From: a virus
Virus record (IMG/VR): IMGVR_UViG_3300021495_000001
Location: 1-64,000 of that record
DNA length: 64,000 nt
Direction: 5' to 3' (one strand)
Shown: in pieces, positions 16,589-24,395 of the stretch
Layout: every line of letters starts with the position of its first letter
How positions within the stretch are numbered: the first letter of the stretch is position 1
The notes under the pieces: model-generated
Told to the model about the DNA's origin: nothing
Database searches by the model: none
Seen by the model: the letters and a program-made list of their open reading frames with translations, nothing else
Program-made: the position numbers and the translations under genes

Positions 16589-19500
16589 TTACAATTTCTC
16601 CCCAAAATCTTTCATAGTCCCATCAGCCCTAAACATCCGCATATCATCAACCACTGACAAGACATCATCTATCCCCCTAAGAATCCACTCCCTCTCATCT
16701 GCATACTTACCAGTTATCCCAGACAATAGATTTCTATGTACTATTACTTCCTCTCTAGCAAACCTCCTTCGTACAGTCACTCCATCCTCTCCAGCACCAA
16801 AAAAATCTGCCACCTTCAACTTATCTGTATACCCAGCCAAACTATTATCCACCATCCTATACTTCAGCCTCTTCCTCCCCTCTTTTAGCACAGCTTTTCT
16901 TATTCTCTTTCCCTTCCCTCCATCTGTACCACGGTATAGTATTATCTCGCCTTGGTTGATTACTTCCATGTAAGCTTGATTGAGTGCACGTAGGCGTAGA
17001 TAGTCATCCACCGTAAGTATTTCGTCTATAATTCGCAACATCTCCCTTCTAGAAATATCAGAGGGATAAATCACACGGGGAAGTCCCTTCTCCAGCGAGA
17101 ATGCCCTCATCCGAAGAGCTGTCCCATAAGTACTCAATGAATCAGCCTGCCACTTCCGCATTACCCTTTCCATCCTGAGCAGTGATTCATCCTTATCAAT
17201 AAGCCTATCCAAAACCCTCTTCAATTTTCTCACTACTCTGGGACCTTCCTCCCCTGGCTTCACTCTCTGCCTAAATATATCTATATACCCCTGTTTATAC
17301 TGATAGTACTTCTCTGCATTTGCCTCATCACGAAACAGCCTAGCTACTGGGTCACTCTTCCACCCCTGTGTGCTAGGCCCCCCCACTCTACCCCCAAACT
17401 CTTCTGGTATCAATGCCAGCAACTCATCCTTTTCCTGCCTAGTAATAGGGGTAAAGGGATGAGTCATCATGTCATCCCTAGTCACAGGAATTAGCAATGA
17501 ACGGCAATTGTGAACTACTACCCCATTAGCCACATAGCTCTCATCTCCCCCCACACTCAGGTTATATAACCGCCGGTGGTACTTCATCTGGGTAACCCCT
17601 ACGGCTATTACTGTTGCTGACACAAACCCACCATCCCTCCACACTGTCACCCTATCACCCACTTCTAGCCTCTTCACCGGCACCCAACCAGGGGTAGCCA
17701 GCACTGGGTGGTCTGGGGTAACTGGGGGTAGGGTTATAGTATCCTCACCAATGCCTAGCATTACCTTATACACTGGCCCCTTATAAGTGGTGGGGGACTG
17801 GCGGTGGTGGACAAAAGTAACAGGCATATACCTGCCCAAATGAGTCAATACTTTATCCCCTACCTTTATGTCCTTAATTGGCTTATATCCTTTATCCGTC
17901 AGCACAGGGGTTTTAGGGGAGAGAAAGCAGTTGTGGTGCAGTGGAGGGATAAACCTCTCCATGTCTGGGTCATTCTTAGGTATCACTTTCCCATCAGCCT
18001 TCCTGCATATTTCAGTTGTCCTGCTGTCCAGTATAGCTGAGAACTCCATTGCAGGGACATAATCCCCAGCCTGTTGCATCATGGACACTCGCCCATGGTT
18101 ATACGCTGCTGTGGTACTCGTCCGTACCAACGTTTCAATCCTATACGGTGCAGCAGCCCCTGGCACCAACACTGTCTTATCGCCTACATATGGTTGGTAG
18201 GTCTGTTGGATCTTTTGTATGGTTTCTTTTAGTGGTACGCCTTTTTTAAGGGATTCCATCAGGATGTTTTGCACTTTAAAACGGAGCTGGGAATTGAGTA
18301 TTTCCTTTGTCTGTATACCTTTGCTTTTCAGCCATTCCAATGCCGCTGTAGGGGCAAATGGGTTGAGTCGCTTGTAGTGCTTCTTCCCTATCTCCCTCTC
18401 CGCTTCTTTCCTTCCCTCGTAAAAAGCCAGACGGAGCATCTCAGTGATAGCCTCTTGCAACTTACCACCATACTTCAACTCCAGCTTTTGTATCAAGGTA
18501 GGATGCAACTCTCCCTTCTCCATTCTCTTACTCACAAAATCAATCAGCCAGTCCCTCTGTTGTTTTATTATCCCTGTTATCTTCTCCACGCTGTTCCTAT
18601 CCAACTGGTCAAGATACCTTTGTATCCGTTCAAACTGACATTTTCTCTCATATGGGCTAAGGGGGCGGAAGTAAGTAGTGTAAGACCTAAGTTGATATCC
18701 TCCCCCCTCTTCCTCCTCTCTTTCAGGCCAACCAAGGTGCTGCCGCAGCTTGTTTTCGTCTTTAAGTGTAGGTGCTATAACCCCCTTCTCCACTGCATCA
18801 ATAAACAACTTGGCCATAGCCTGTCGCTTCTCTTCATCCATTGGCCTAAACTTAAACTTGGGGTATTTATCCACTGCATAGTTAAAACTAACCAACTCCC
18901 TTATCAACTGCTCATTCAACACCTCTTCCAAGTCCCGCCTATGTTTGTCTACAATTTGGAGGAATACATCAAAATGAACTTTTCCCTGACTGTAGCTACC
19001 GTAATGTCCTTGCTCACTTACTCCTAACAAATTTGGTATTAACAAGCTACGTGCAATAGCCATGTCATGGACAGCAATGGCATCCTTATATGTGGATGCC
19101 CCCCGTCCACTCACCTCTGGAAAGTTCAACTCTACCCCATCAGGCAACACTATACTGGTTCTGGCTTGCAGGTTATCTAGGATATTTTTTAGAGTTGTCC
19201 TTTCATTCTTAGTCAAAGCCTTTTTCAACGTCCCCACTGCAGGTGGCATACTGTACCGCTCCAAGTAAATGTTATACAGCTTTATTATTACATCCTTGCT
19301 CCACCACGAGCGGTAGGCTTCCCGCAAATCACTTATGCCATACCAATTATCAAACTCTTTGCGGTATGTGTAGATAATAAACTTACTCGGAGGTAGCTTC
19401 CGTGTACCAAAGCCCTGCCACACTCCGTTCTCTCGTAAATTACCAAACTCATCCACATCAAAATCCACCCCATGAGGCTTCCTAGTCTTTATTGCCTTGA

Positions 19501-19936
19501 CCCCTACTTTTCCACCATAGGGGCCTGTATCTGGAAGCAAAGTATAGACCTTTTCACTTACACTAAACCCATAGTCAAACGCCGTCATAATGTTCAACAG
19601 CACATCTTCAAACGTCCCCTTTACCCTTTCTAAATTATGCTTCACAAACTCAGCTACTTCTATATCAGCCTCATCATCACTAGCTGGCTCCACTACCCAA
19701 CCTGAACACAGCACAGCAAACTTACGCAGGTTCATGCACCCCTTCACCGTGTCATCTCTGCGTATTTTGTCATATATCCTCAACCCACCTTTTCTACTTG
19801 CCAGTGTATCAGGGTTATATGGGGTAAAAAGAGCAGTAGGGTATAACAGGGTCTCCCTGCTCATCAACTCCTTATCAAGCTGAGCCCCTCTAGTATTGGT
19901 TTGGAATATCTTTTTAATATGGCTAAAAATAGACAT
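16589..19936 (-). CDS. Portal (Mu gp29/DUF935-like) - MuF/SPP1 gp7 head morphogenesis - ADP-ribosyltransferase fusion, interrupted by a mini-intein
   Basis: The N-terminal ~450 aa look portal-like by size and position next to the terminase. The MuF motif IPPLHHN/intein/CRSLLIPV matches PP.H.NCRC. The C-terminus has R-S-ExE ART motifs: ILYRGTDG, NSLAGYT, ADEREWILRG. Confidence 0.75.
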   Translation of the reverse strand: MSIFSHIKKIFQTNTRGAQLDKELMSRETLLYPTALFTPYNPDTLASRKGGLRIYDKIRRDDTVKGCMNLRKFAVLCSGWVVEPASDDEADIEVAEFVKHNLERVKGTFEDVLLNIMTAFDYGFSVSEKVYTLLPDTGPYGGKVGVKAIKTRKPHGVDFDVDEFGNLRENGVWQGFGTRKLPPSKFIIYTYRKEFDNWYGISDLREAYRSWWSKDVIIKLYNIYLERYSMPPAVGTLKKALTKNERTTLKNILDNLQARTSIVLPDGVELNFPEVSGRGASTYKDAIAVHDMAIARSLLIPNLLGVSEQGHYGSYSQGKVHFDVFLQIVDKHRRDLEEVLNEQLIRELVSFNYAVDKYPKFKFRPMDEEKRQAMAKLFIDAVEKGVIAPTLKDENKLRQHLGWPEREEEEGGGYQLRSYTTYFRPLSPYERKCQFERIQRYLDQLDRNSVEKITGIIKQQRDWLIDFVSKRMEKGELHPTLIQKLELKYGGKLQEAITEMLRLAFYEGRKEAEREIGKKHYKRLNPFAPTAALEWLKSKGIQTKEILNSQLRFKVQNILMESLKKGVPLKETIQKIQQTYQPYVGDKTVLVPGAAAPYRIETLVRTSTTAAYNHGRVSMMQQAGDYVPAMEFSAILDSRTTEICRKADGKVIPKNDPDMERFIPPLHHNCFLSPKTPVLTDKGYKPIKDIKVGDKVLTHLGRYMPVTFVHHRQSPTTYKGPVYKVMLGIGEDTITLPPVTPDHPVLATPGWVPVKRLEVGDRVTVWRDGGFVSATVIAVGVTQMKYHRRLYNLSVGGDESYVANGVVVHNCRSLLIPVTRDDMMTHPFTPITRQEKDELLALIPEEFGGRVGGPSTQGWKSDPVARLFRDEANAEKYYQYKQGYIDIFRQRVKPGEEGPRVVRKLKRVLDRLIDKDESLLRMERVMRKWQADSLSTYGTALRMRAFSLEKGLPRVIYPSDISRREMLRIIDEILTVDDYLRLRALNQAYMEVINQGEIILYRGTDGGKGKRIRKAVLKEGRKRLKYRMVDNSLAGYTDKLKVADFFGAGEDGVTVRRRFAREEVIVHRNLLSGITGKYADEREWILRGIDDVLSVVDDMRMFRADGTMKDFGEKL
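17507..17929 (-). mobile_element. Mini-intein (141 aa, no endonuclease domain) in the MuF domain
   Basis: Starts CFLSPKTPVLTDKGY (Cys codon 17929-17927). Block B is VTPDHPVLA. Ends YVANGVVVHN (Asn codon 17509-17507) followed by +1 Cys. Removing it restores the conserved HHN-CRS MuF motif. Confidence 0.85.
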
Positions 19937-19954
19937 CTTTTCCTTTCTATTTAG

Positions 19955-19983
19955 TTAATAAGACAATTTAACTGCAAAATTTA
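19955..19983 (-). promoter_or_regulatory. Conserved 29-nt late motif, copy A (upstream of portal gene)
   Basis: Minus strand TAAATTTTGCAGTTAAATTGTCTTATTAA starts at the TAA stop of the sigma gene and ends 18 nt before ATG 19936. Confidence 0.4.
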
Positions 19984-20520
19984 ACTCTCCATCATCAACT
20001 TCTTTAACTCTGCCTTAAACCGCCTAACTACATTGCTTACTGTGGCCTCAGACACCTGCATCATAGCTGCAACCTCTTTCTGTGAGTAACCACTAAAAAG
20101 AGACAACACAACCATAGCACGGTGGCCTTCAGTAAGGGTAGACAAAAGGGCTTGGTATTGGTCATCCGATACCCAAGAGGGCATAGACACCACCTTCCCC
20201 TCTTCCCCTCTACTTTCCACCTGAGTAGTAGCAGGATCAGTAGAAAACTCCCTCAATACCCGCTGCATTATTTTGGACAGGTATTGCACAACATCCCCTG
20301 CTGGCCTATTCACATCTACCTTCCCCACCTTCACCAACTGCCATAAACGCAATGAAGCCTCAGCCTGCATATCCTCCCAGTATTGCTCTTTGCCTTTATG
20401 CTCAGAGTGGAGAAAATGACCCACCATCACTTTTACCAATGGCCAAAGAGCCTCAAACTGGGACCTTTTCAGCTCCTCCTGCACCTGTTTCATTTGTTCA
20501 TTCAGGCTATCTACTTCCAT
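19981..20520 (-). CDS. Sigma-70 family (ECF-like) RNA polymerase sigma factor
   Basis: Region-2-like EASLRLWQLVKVGKVD...VVQYLSKIMQRVLREF. Region-4 HTH: MVVLSLFSGYSQKEVAAMMQVSEATVSNVVRRFKAELKK. Start is set at MEVDSL, preceded by ggaggggg. Confidence 0.65.
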   Translation of the reverse strand: MEVDSLNEQMKQVQEELKRSQFEALWPLVKVMVGHFLHSEHKGKEQYWEDMQAEASLRLWQLVKVGKVDVNRPAGDVVQYLSKIMQRVLREFSTDPATTQVESRGEEGKVVSMPSWVSDDQYQALLSTLTEGHRAMVVLSLFSGYSQKEVAAMMQVSEATVSNVVRRFKAELKKLMMES

Positions 20521-20704
20521 CCCCCCTCCTAACCTTCCACTCATGCAACACCACCCTGTCTTCCAGTCTAACCAGCCGGTGGTATTGATATGCAGGGGTA
20601 CCTAGGACTATATGTGAATAATGGGTAGTAAGGAACTCCTTAAACTGGTCACATTGACACAGCCCCTGTATAAGCTCTCTATCCACCTTCAGCTCTTCTA
20701 CCAT
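20507..20704 (-). CDS. Hypothetical small protein (start uncertain)
   Basis: The ORF-track ORF 20507..20782 overlaps the GT9 gene. The internal MVEELKV start at 20704 removes the overlap. No motif recognised. Confidence 0.3.
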   Translation of the reverse strand: MVEELKVDRELIQGLCQCDQFKEFLTTHYSHIVLGTPAYQYHRLVRLEDRVVLHEWKVRRGDGSR

Positions 20705-20715
20705 ATCCCCTACCC

Positions 20716-21645
20716 CTACTTGCAACATAACACTCTCTCCACTGCCTTCATTACTCTCTCTACCTTTATCCCCCTCATACATTCATAATCAGAGCAAGAG
20801 AAAAAGAGGTCTTTGCCCTGGCAGGGCGCACAAGGCAAACTACTACCTAGAACAATGCCTTTTTTAGTGAAAAATGGTCGGTTTTTTGTGATGAGAGTAG
20901 GGCCAAACAAGGTAATCAAAGGGATGCCTAAAGCATCAGCTACATGCATCAACCCACTATCATTCATTACTGCAAGATCACATTGGCTAATTACCTTTGC
21001 CGTCTCTGAAATAGTAAGTCTGCCGGCGTAGTTTACCCCCCTCCCCCCGCATGCTTCCATTACCATCTGCCCCTCTAGCCATTCCTCCTCACCCCCAACC
21101 CAAACCACCCTTGCATCATATTCTTTTACAAGTGCCCGTGCGAGCTGGGGGAAATATGGCCATTTCTTTTTTTGCCAAACAGGTCGGTTTACTGACCCAT
21201 TGCACAAACAGACATTCGTCCCCATCTTGGGCAAAATAGGCCCCTGAGCCAAGGGAATATACGGAGTAGGTATCCCCCCTTTATACCCCAGTCCATACAC
21301 ATAGCTCATATAATACTCCACCTCATGTTCTCCACTTTCCCATCGTGGGGGTCTCTGTGGAAGAGTAGTTAAGCTAAGTAGGGCCTCATGGATTGCCCCA
21401 CCACCCCACTGAGTTATGAAAAACAAATCATATCCATCTAACGAACATGGGAAAAACCTAACATTATCAACTAAAGGCCATTTTTTACACATTTCAATCA
21501 CTGCATCAGAACGGTTATCCTTCCACCTCCCATCAAACACCACATCAAGAGTAGCATCAGGATATAACATTTTAAGAGCCTTCAACGCTGAGGTAAATAA
21601 AACCCAATTACCTAGACCATTCTGAAACCCTGTACATATCCTCAC
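20716..21645 (-). CDS. Glycosyltransferase family 9 (heptosyltransferase-like)
   Basis: RLTISETAKVISQCDLAVMNDSGLMHVADALGIPLITLFGPT is the classic GT9 C-terminal signature. Size is 309 aa. Confidence 0.75.
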   Translation of the reverse strand: MRICTGFQNGLGNWVLFTSALKALKMLYPDATLDVVFDGRWKDNRSDAVIEMCKKWPLVDNVRFFPCSLDGYDLFFITQWGGGAIHEALLSLTTLPQRPPRWESGEHEVEYYMSYVYGLGYKGGIPTPYIPLAQGPILPKMGTNVCLCNGSVNRPVWQKKKWPYFPQLARALVKEYDARVVWVGGEEEWLEGQMVMEACGGRGVNYAGRLTISETAKVISQCDLAVMNDSGLMHVADALGIPLITLFGPTLITKNRPFFTKKGIVLGSSLPCAPCQGKDLFFSCSDYECMRGIKVERVMKAVERVLCCK

Positions 21646-22439
21646 TCTCTAGCCCTCCTCCATGTGGAATAGCGGGACTCCTCCCCCATATGGACGACCA
21701 ACCCTGGCACTACCATTATGTATTTACCTTGCCTAACACAACTGTTTCTTGCTGACCACCTTTCATGGTCACCTATCAGGTAGTAGTCCACCCTGCTTCC
21801 TCTACCCCTGCTGGGCATCCCCCGCTCTGTGCCATCTGGGTTTAGGCGGGGGATAGGCATAATACTGTCCCAAAACCCCCTCTCTGCTACCAAACATGCA
21901 GCCCTTTCCAATTTTTTAAACTCTACTGGACGGCCTCGCCATGAAATAGCATCTACAGGGTGGTGTTCTGGGCTATCAAACCCACCAAAAAACCCTATGG
22001 GGTATTTTTCCTGTAGCTCCTCATATGCATCAATAAGTACCCTTATCCACCCCCGTTTTACCTCCACATCATCCTGTAAGTAAGCAAAATATTTAGCTGG
22101 GGTATAAAACTGCCCAAACATACCAGACACCCCATACAATGCATTCAACCCATAACACACTCCCTGCCGTCGTTTATTCAGGATGACAGCACAAAGCCTA
22201 CCATCATACAGCCTTCGTAAATAATCCCCTGTCCCATCGCTACTACAATCATCCACTACAAATAGACGGAAAGGTACAGTAGTGTTTCTAAATATGCTAT
22301 CTAGAGTCCTCCTCAACAAACTACAACGGTTATATGTGGTAACACCTATATCCACCACTGCTACACTCTCTATTTCTCTCACTATCTCTCTATCCTTCTC
22401 AGTCTGCTTCAAAAAGACACTGTTATAGTCTATCTTCAC
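21642..22439 (-). CDS. Glycosyltransferase family 2
   Basis: VVDIGVTTYNRCSLLRRTLDSIFRNTTVPFRLFVVDDCSSDGTGDYLRRL is the GT-A N-terminal motif with DDxS.D. Confidence 0.7.
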   Translation of the reverse strand: MKIDYNSVFLKQTEKDREIVREIESVAVVDIGVTTYNRCSLLRRTLDSIFRNTTVPFRLFVVDDCSSDGTGDYLRRLYDGRLCAVILNKRRQGVCYGLNALYGVSGMFGQFYTPAKYFAYLQDDVEVKRGWIRVLIDAYEELQEKYPIGFFGGFDSPEHHPVDAISWRGRPVEFKKLERAACLVAERGFWDSIMPIPRLNPDGTERGMPSRGRGSRVDYYLIGDHERWSARNSCVRQGKYIMVVPGLVVHMGEESRYSTWRRARE

Positions 22440-23074
22440 CCCCCAAAAATCCTCCTATACCCCGTCAACTCAAAAAACACACTGTACAACTGCTCAATCT
22501 CTTCAATCTGACCTGTAGTCAAGTAATACCTAAAATCAGCTAGTTTCCTGTCATGTACCCAGTCCCTCCTCAACCTACTTTCCAAGATATTCGCCCGCAA
22601 AGCCCTATCCACAACATCCAAAGGGACATCCACCCCTAAATGCCCGAATAACTGCCTAAAAGTAATAGATGCATGGGGACCTGTAGCCTGTTCATAAGAG
22701 ACTAAATGTACAAAAGGTTTACCCCAGTAACCCAAAAACCAACAAACATACCGTGATAAGCAATTGGGGTGAGTAATCAACATATCAATGCTCTCTTTTA
22801 GCCCCTTCCCCTTTACTACTAGGTCCAAGGGATGGATGGGAATATCACGGACATAAAAATAAACAGACACCACCACATCCCGTATATCCCTGTATATACC
22901 AAATATCTGCCTATCCTTGCACAAACCTAAACTGCTTGAATAGGGTAAATGCTGATGGCCATCTATCGCATCATTTAGTACCCTTACCCCTACCCTCTCA
23001 GCAATATACCTAACCACATCATGGAAATACACTGAGGCACTTCTAGGCATCCCCACCGCATATACCTCTTTCAT
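22436..23074 (-). CDS. Sulfotransferase-like protein
   Basis: 5'-PSB-like GMPRSASVY and 3'-PB-like IYRDIRDVVVSVYFY motifs. The start at MKEVY forms an ATGA overlap with the upstream stop. Confidence 0.5.
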   Translation of the reverse strand: MKEVYAVGMPRSASVYFHDVVRYIAERVGVRVLNDAIDGHQHLPYSSSLGLCKDRQIFGIYRDIRDVVVSVYFYVRDIPIHPLDLVVKGKGLKESIDMLITHPNCLSRYVCWFLGYWGKPFVHLVSYEQATGPHASITFRQLFGHLGVDVPLDVVDRALRANILESRLRRDWVHDRKLADFRYYLTTGQIEEIEQLYSVFFELTGYRRIFGG

Positions 23075-23697
23075 CCCCCCTTCCCCTCCTTCCAAAACAC
23101 CATCAGACTGTGCTCCTCCCCTGTTCCATCCACATCCCCCACCACCTCAACCATTATGCAGTGTAGTGGGGAAAACAGATGCTTATACTTATCCACCCCT
23201 CTATACCAAATATGCTCTTTATCCTCCAACCAAATACTGGTATTCTCATACAGCACTAAATAGCCATCTGGGGCTAATACTCTAGCAAGCTCACTGGTTA
23301 CCTGTCTTATACATGAGGGTGGGATATGTTGAAGAACCGTCCAGCTGAACACACCACCAAACTGAGCATCAGAAAAAGGAAGCCACAAACCATCATACTG
23401 GGCAAAGATCCCTTTTGGCACTCTTTTTTTAGCCTCCTTTACAGCCCACTCTACTATATCTACCCCATATACTTGCTTACAAAAAGAGGCCAGAAAGGCA
23501 GCCCACCTACCCCAACCACAACCAAAATCCAACACTACCCTGTCACGAAACAAAAACTGCAACAAACCCTCATACTGCTTCTGCAGTCTAGTTGTTTGGG
23601 CCGTAAGCTGGGCTGAGGACAGCTTGCAATGGCCTACTGCTTTACAGCCTTGCTCTCTATACCGCCTACACCAATACCCCCTTCTATCTTCTTTCAT
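23071..23697 (-). CDS. Class I SAM-dependent methyltransferase
   Basis: VVLDFGCGWGRWAAFLA (motif I), VYGVDI, GGVFSWTVLQHI, LAPDGYLVLYE. Confidence 0.75.
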   Translation of the reverse strand: MKEDRRGYWCRRYREQGCKAVGHCKLSSAQLTAQTTRLQKQYEGLLQFLFRDRVVLDFGCGWGRWAAFLASFCKQVYGVDIVEWAVKEAKKRVPKGIFAQYDGLWLPFSDAQFGGVFSWTVLQHIPPSCIRQVTSELARVLAPDGYLVLYENTSIWLEDKEHIWYRGVDKYKHLFSPLHCIMVEVVGDVDGTGEEHSLMVFWKEGKGG

Positions 23698-23869
23698 ACT
23701 GTTCCCTAATCCTCCGCTCTTTTTTTATCACCTGTGCAATACGCAATGTAAGATACCCCACAATCTCCTCCACTACCTCATCCTCTATTATCACCCCATG
23801 CTTTTTAGCAATGTCCACAATGTTCTGTTTGTGTAAATTAAACAAATCCTCTTTACTCATCCTTGCCAT
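23684..23869 (-). CDS. Hypothetical small protein
   Basis: 61-aa ORF coupled to its neighbours. Confidence 0.4.
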   Translation of the reverse strand: MARMSKEDLFNLHKQNIVDIAKKHGVIIEDEVVEEIVGYLTLRIAQVIKKERRIREQYERR

Positions 23870-23872
23870 TTT

Positions 23873-24379
23873 TTACCCCCCTCTCTCTCTATTTTTCTTC
23901 CTGAAAGTATTTGTCCTAGAGTCATAATCCTTACTCACCTTAGCCCTTTCACAAAACTTTTTATGCTTCTTGTATTGTCTCTGGACATACTTAGAGTCTT
24001 TATGTTTCTGTACCTCTTCCTCTATGGACTTCAACTGGCCTAGAAGAAAAGCCTCAAACTCCTTATATAGGCCAGCCATCCTAGGGCGTCTTCTATCTCT
24101 AGCCTTCCTCTGGTAAATATCACAAGCCCAAGCCATAGCTAAAAAACCATAAGCAGGCATAAGCACTTCCAAAGGCAAATTCTTCCTGTCTGCTTTCAAC
24201 TTATCCCCTCGTGCATTCTGGAGGACAAGCTTGTAATCCCCAAACTTCTCCCCATAAATCCTCATAGCCAAATCTCTTGCTACCCTTGAAAAAACTCTAT
24301 CACAGTATTTATACTCATTTTTAGCAAAAGCTCCATTAAGCTTCCTAGCATAATGTAATAAAGTAAACTTGCTAAGCAT
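23873..24379 (-). CDS. Hypothetical basic protein
   Basis: 168-aa ORF downstream of the large terminase with a Lys/Arg-rich C-terminus. No motif recognised. Confidence 0.45.
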   Translation of the reverse strand: MLSKFTLLHYARKLNGAFAKNEYKYCDRVFSRVARDLAMRIYGEKFGDYKLVLQNARGDKLKADRKNLPLEVLMPAYGFLAMAWACDIYQRKARDRRRPRMAGLYKEFEAFLLGQLKSIEEEVQKHKDSKYVQRQYKKHKKFCERAKVSKDYDSRTNTFRKKNRERGG

Positions 24380-24395
24380 TAGCTCCTCCTAAACT

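Noticed and set aside
20705-20782. N-terminal extension of ORF 20507..20782 overlapping the GT9 gene by 67 nt
   Set aside because: Internal starts (20728 or 20704) remove most or all of the overlap, and the extension is Gly/Ser/Glu low-complexity. I kept only the shorter version, at low confidence.
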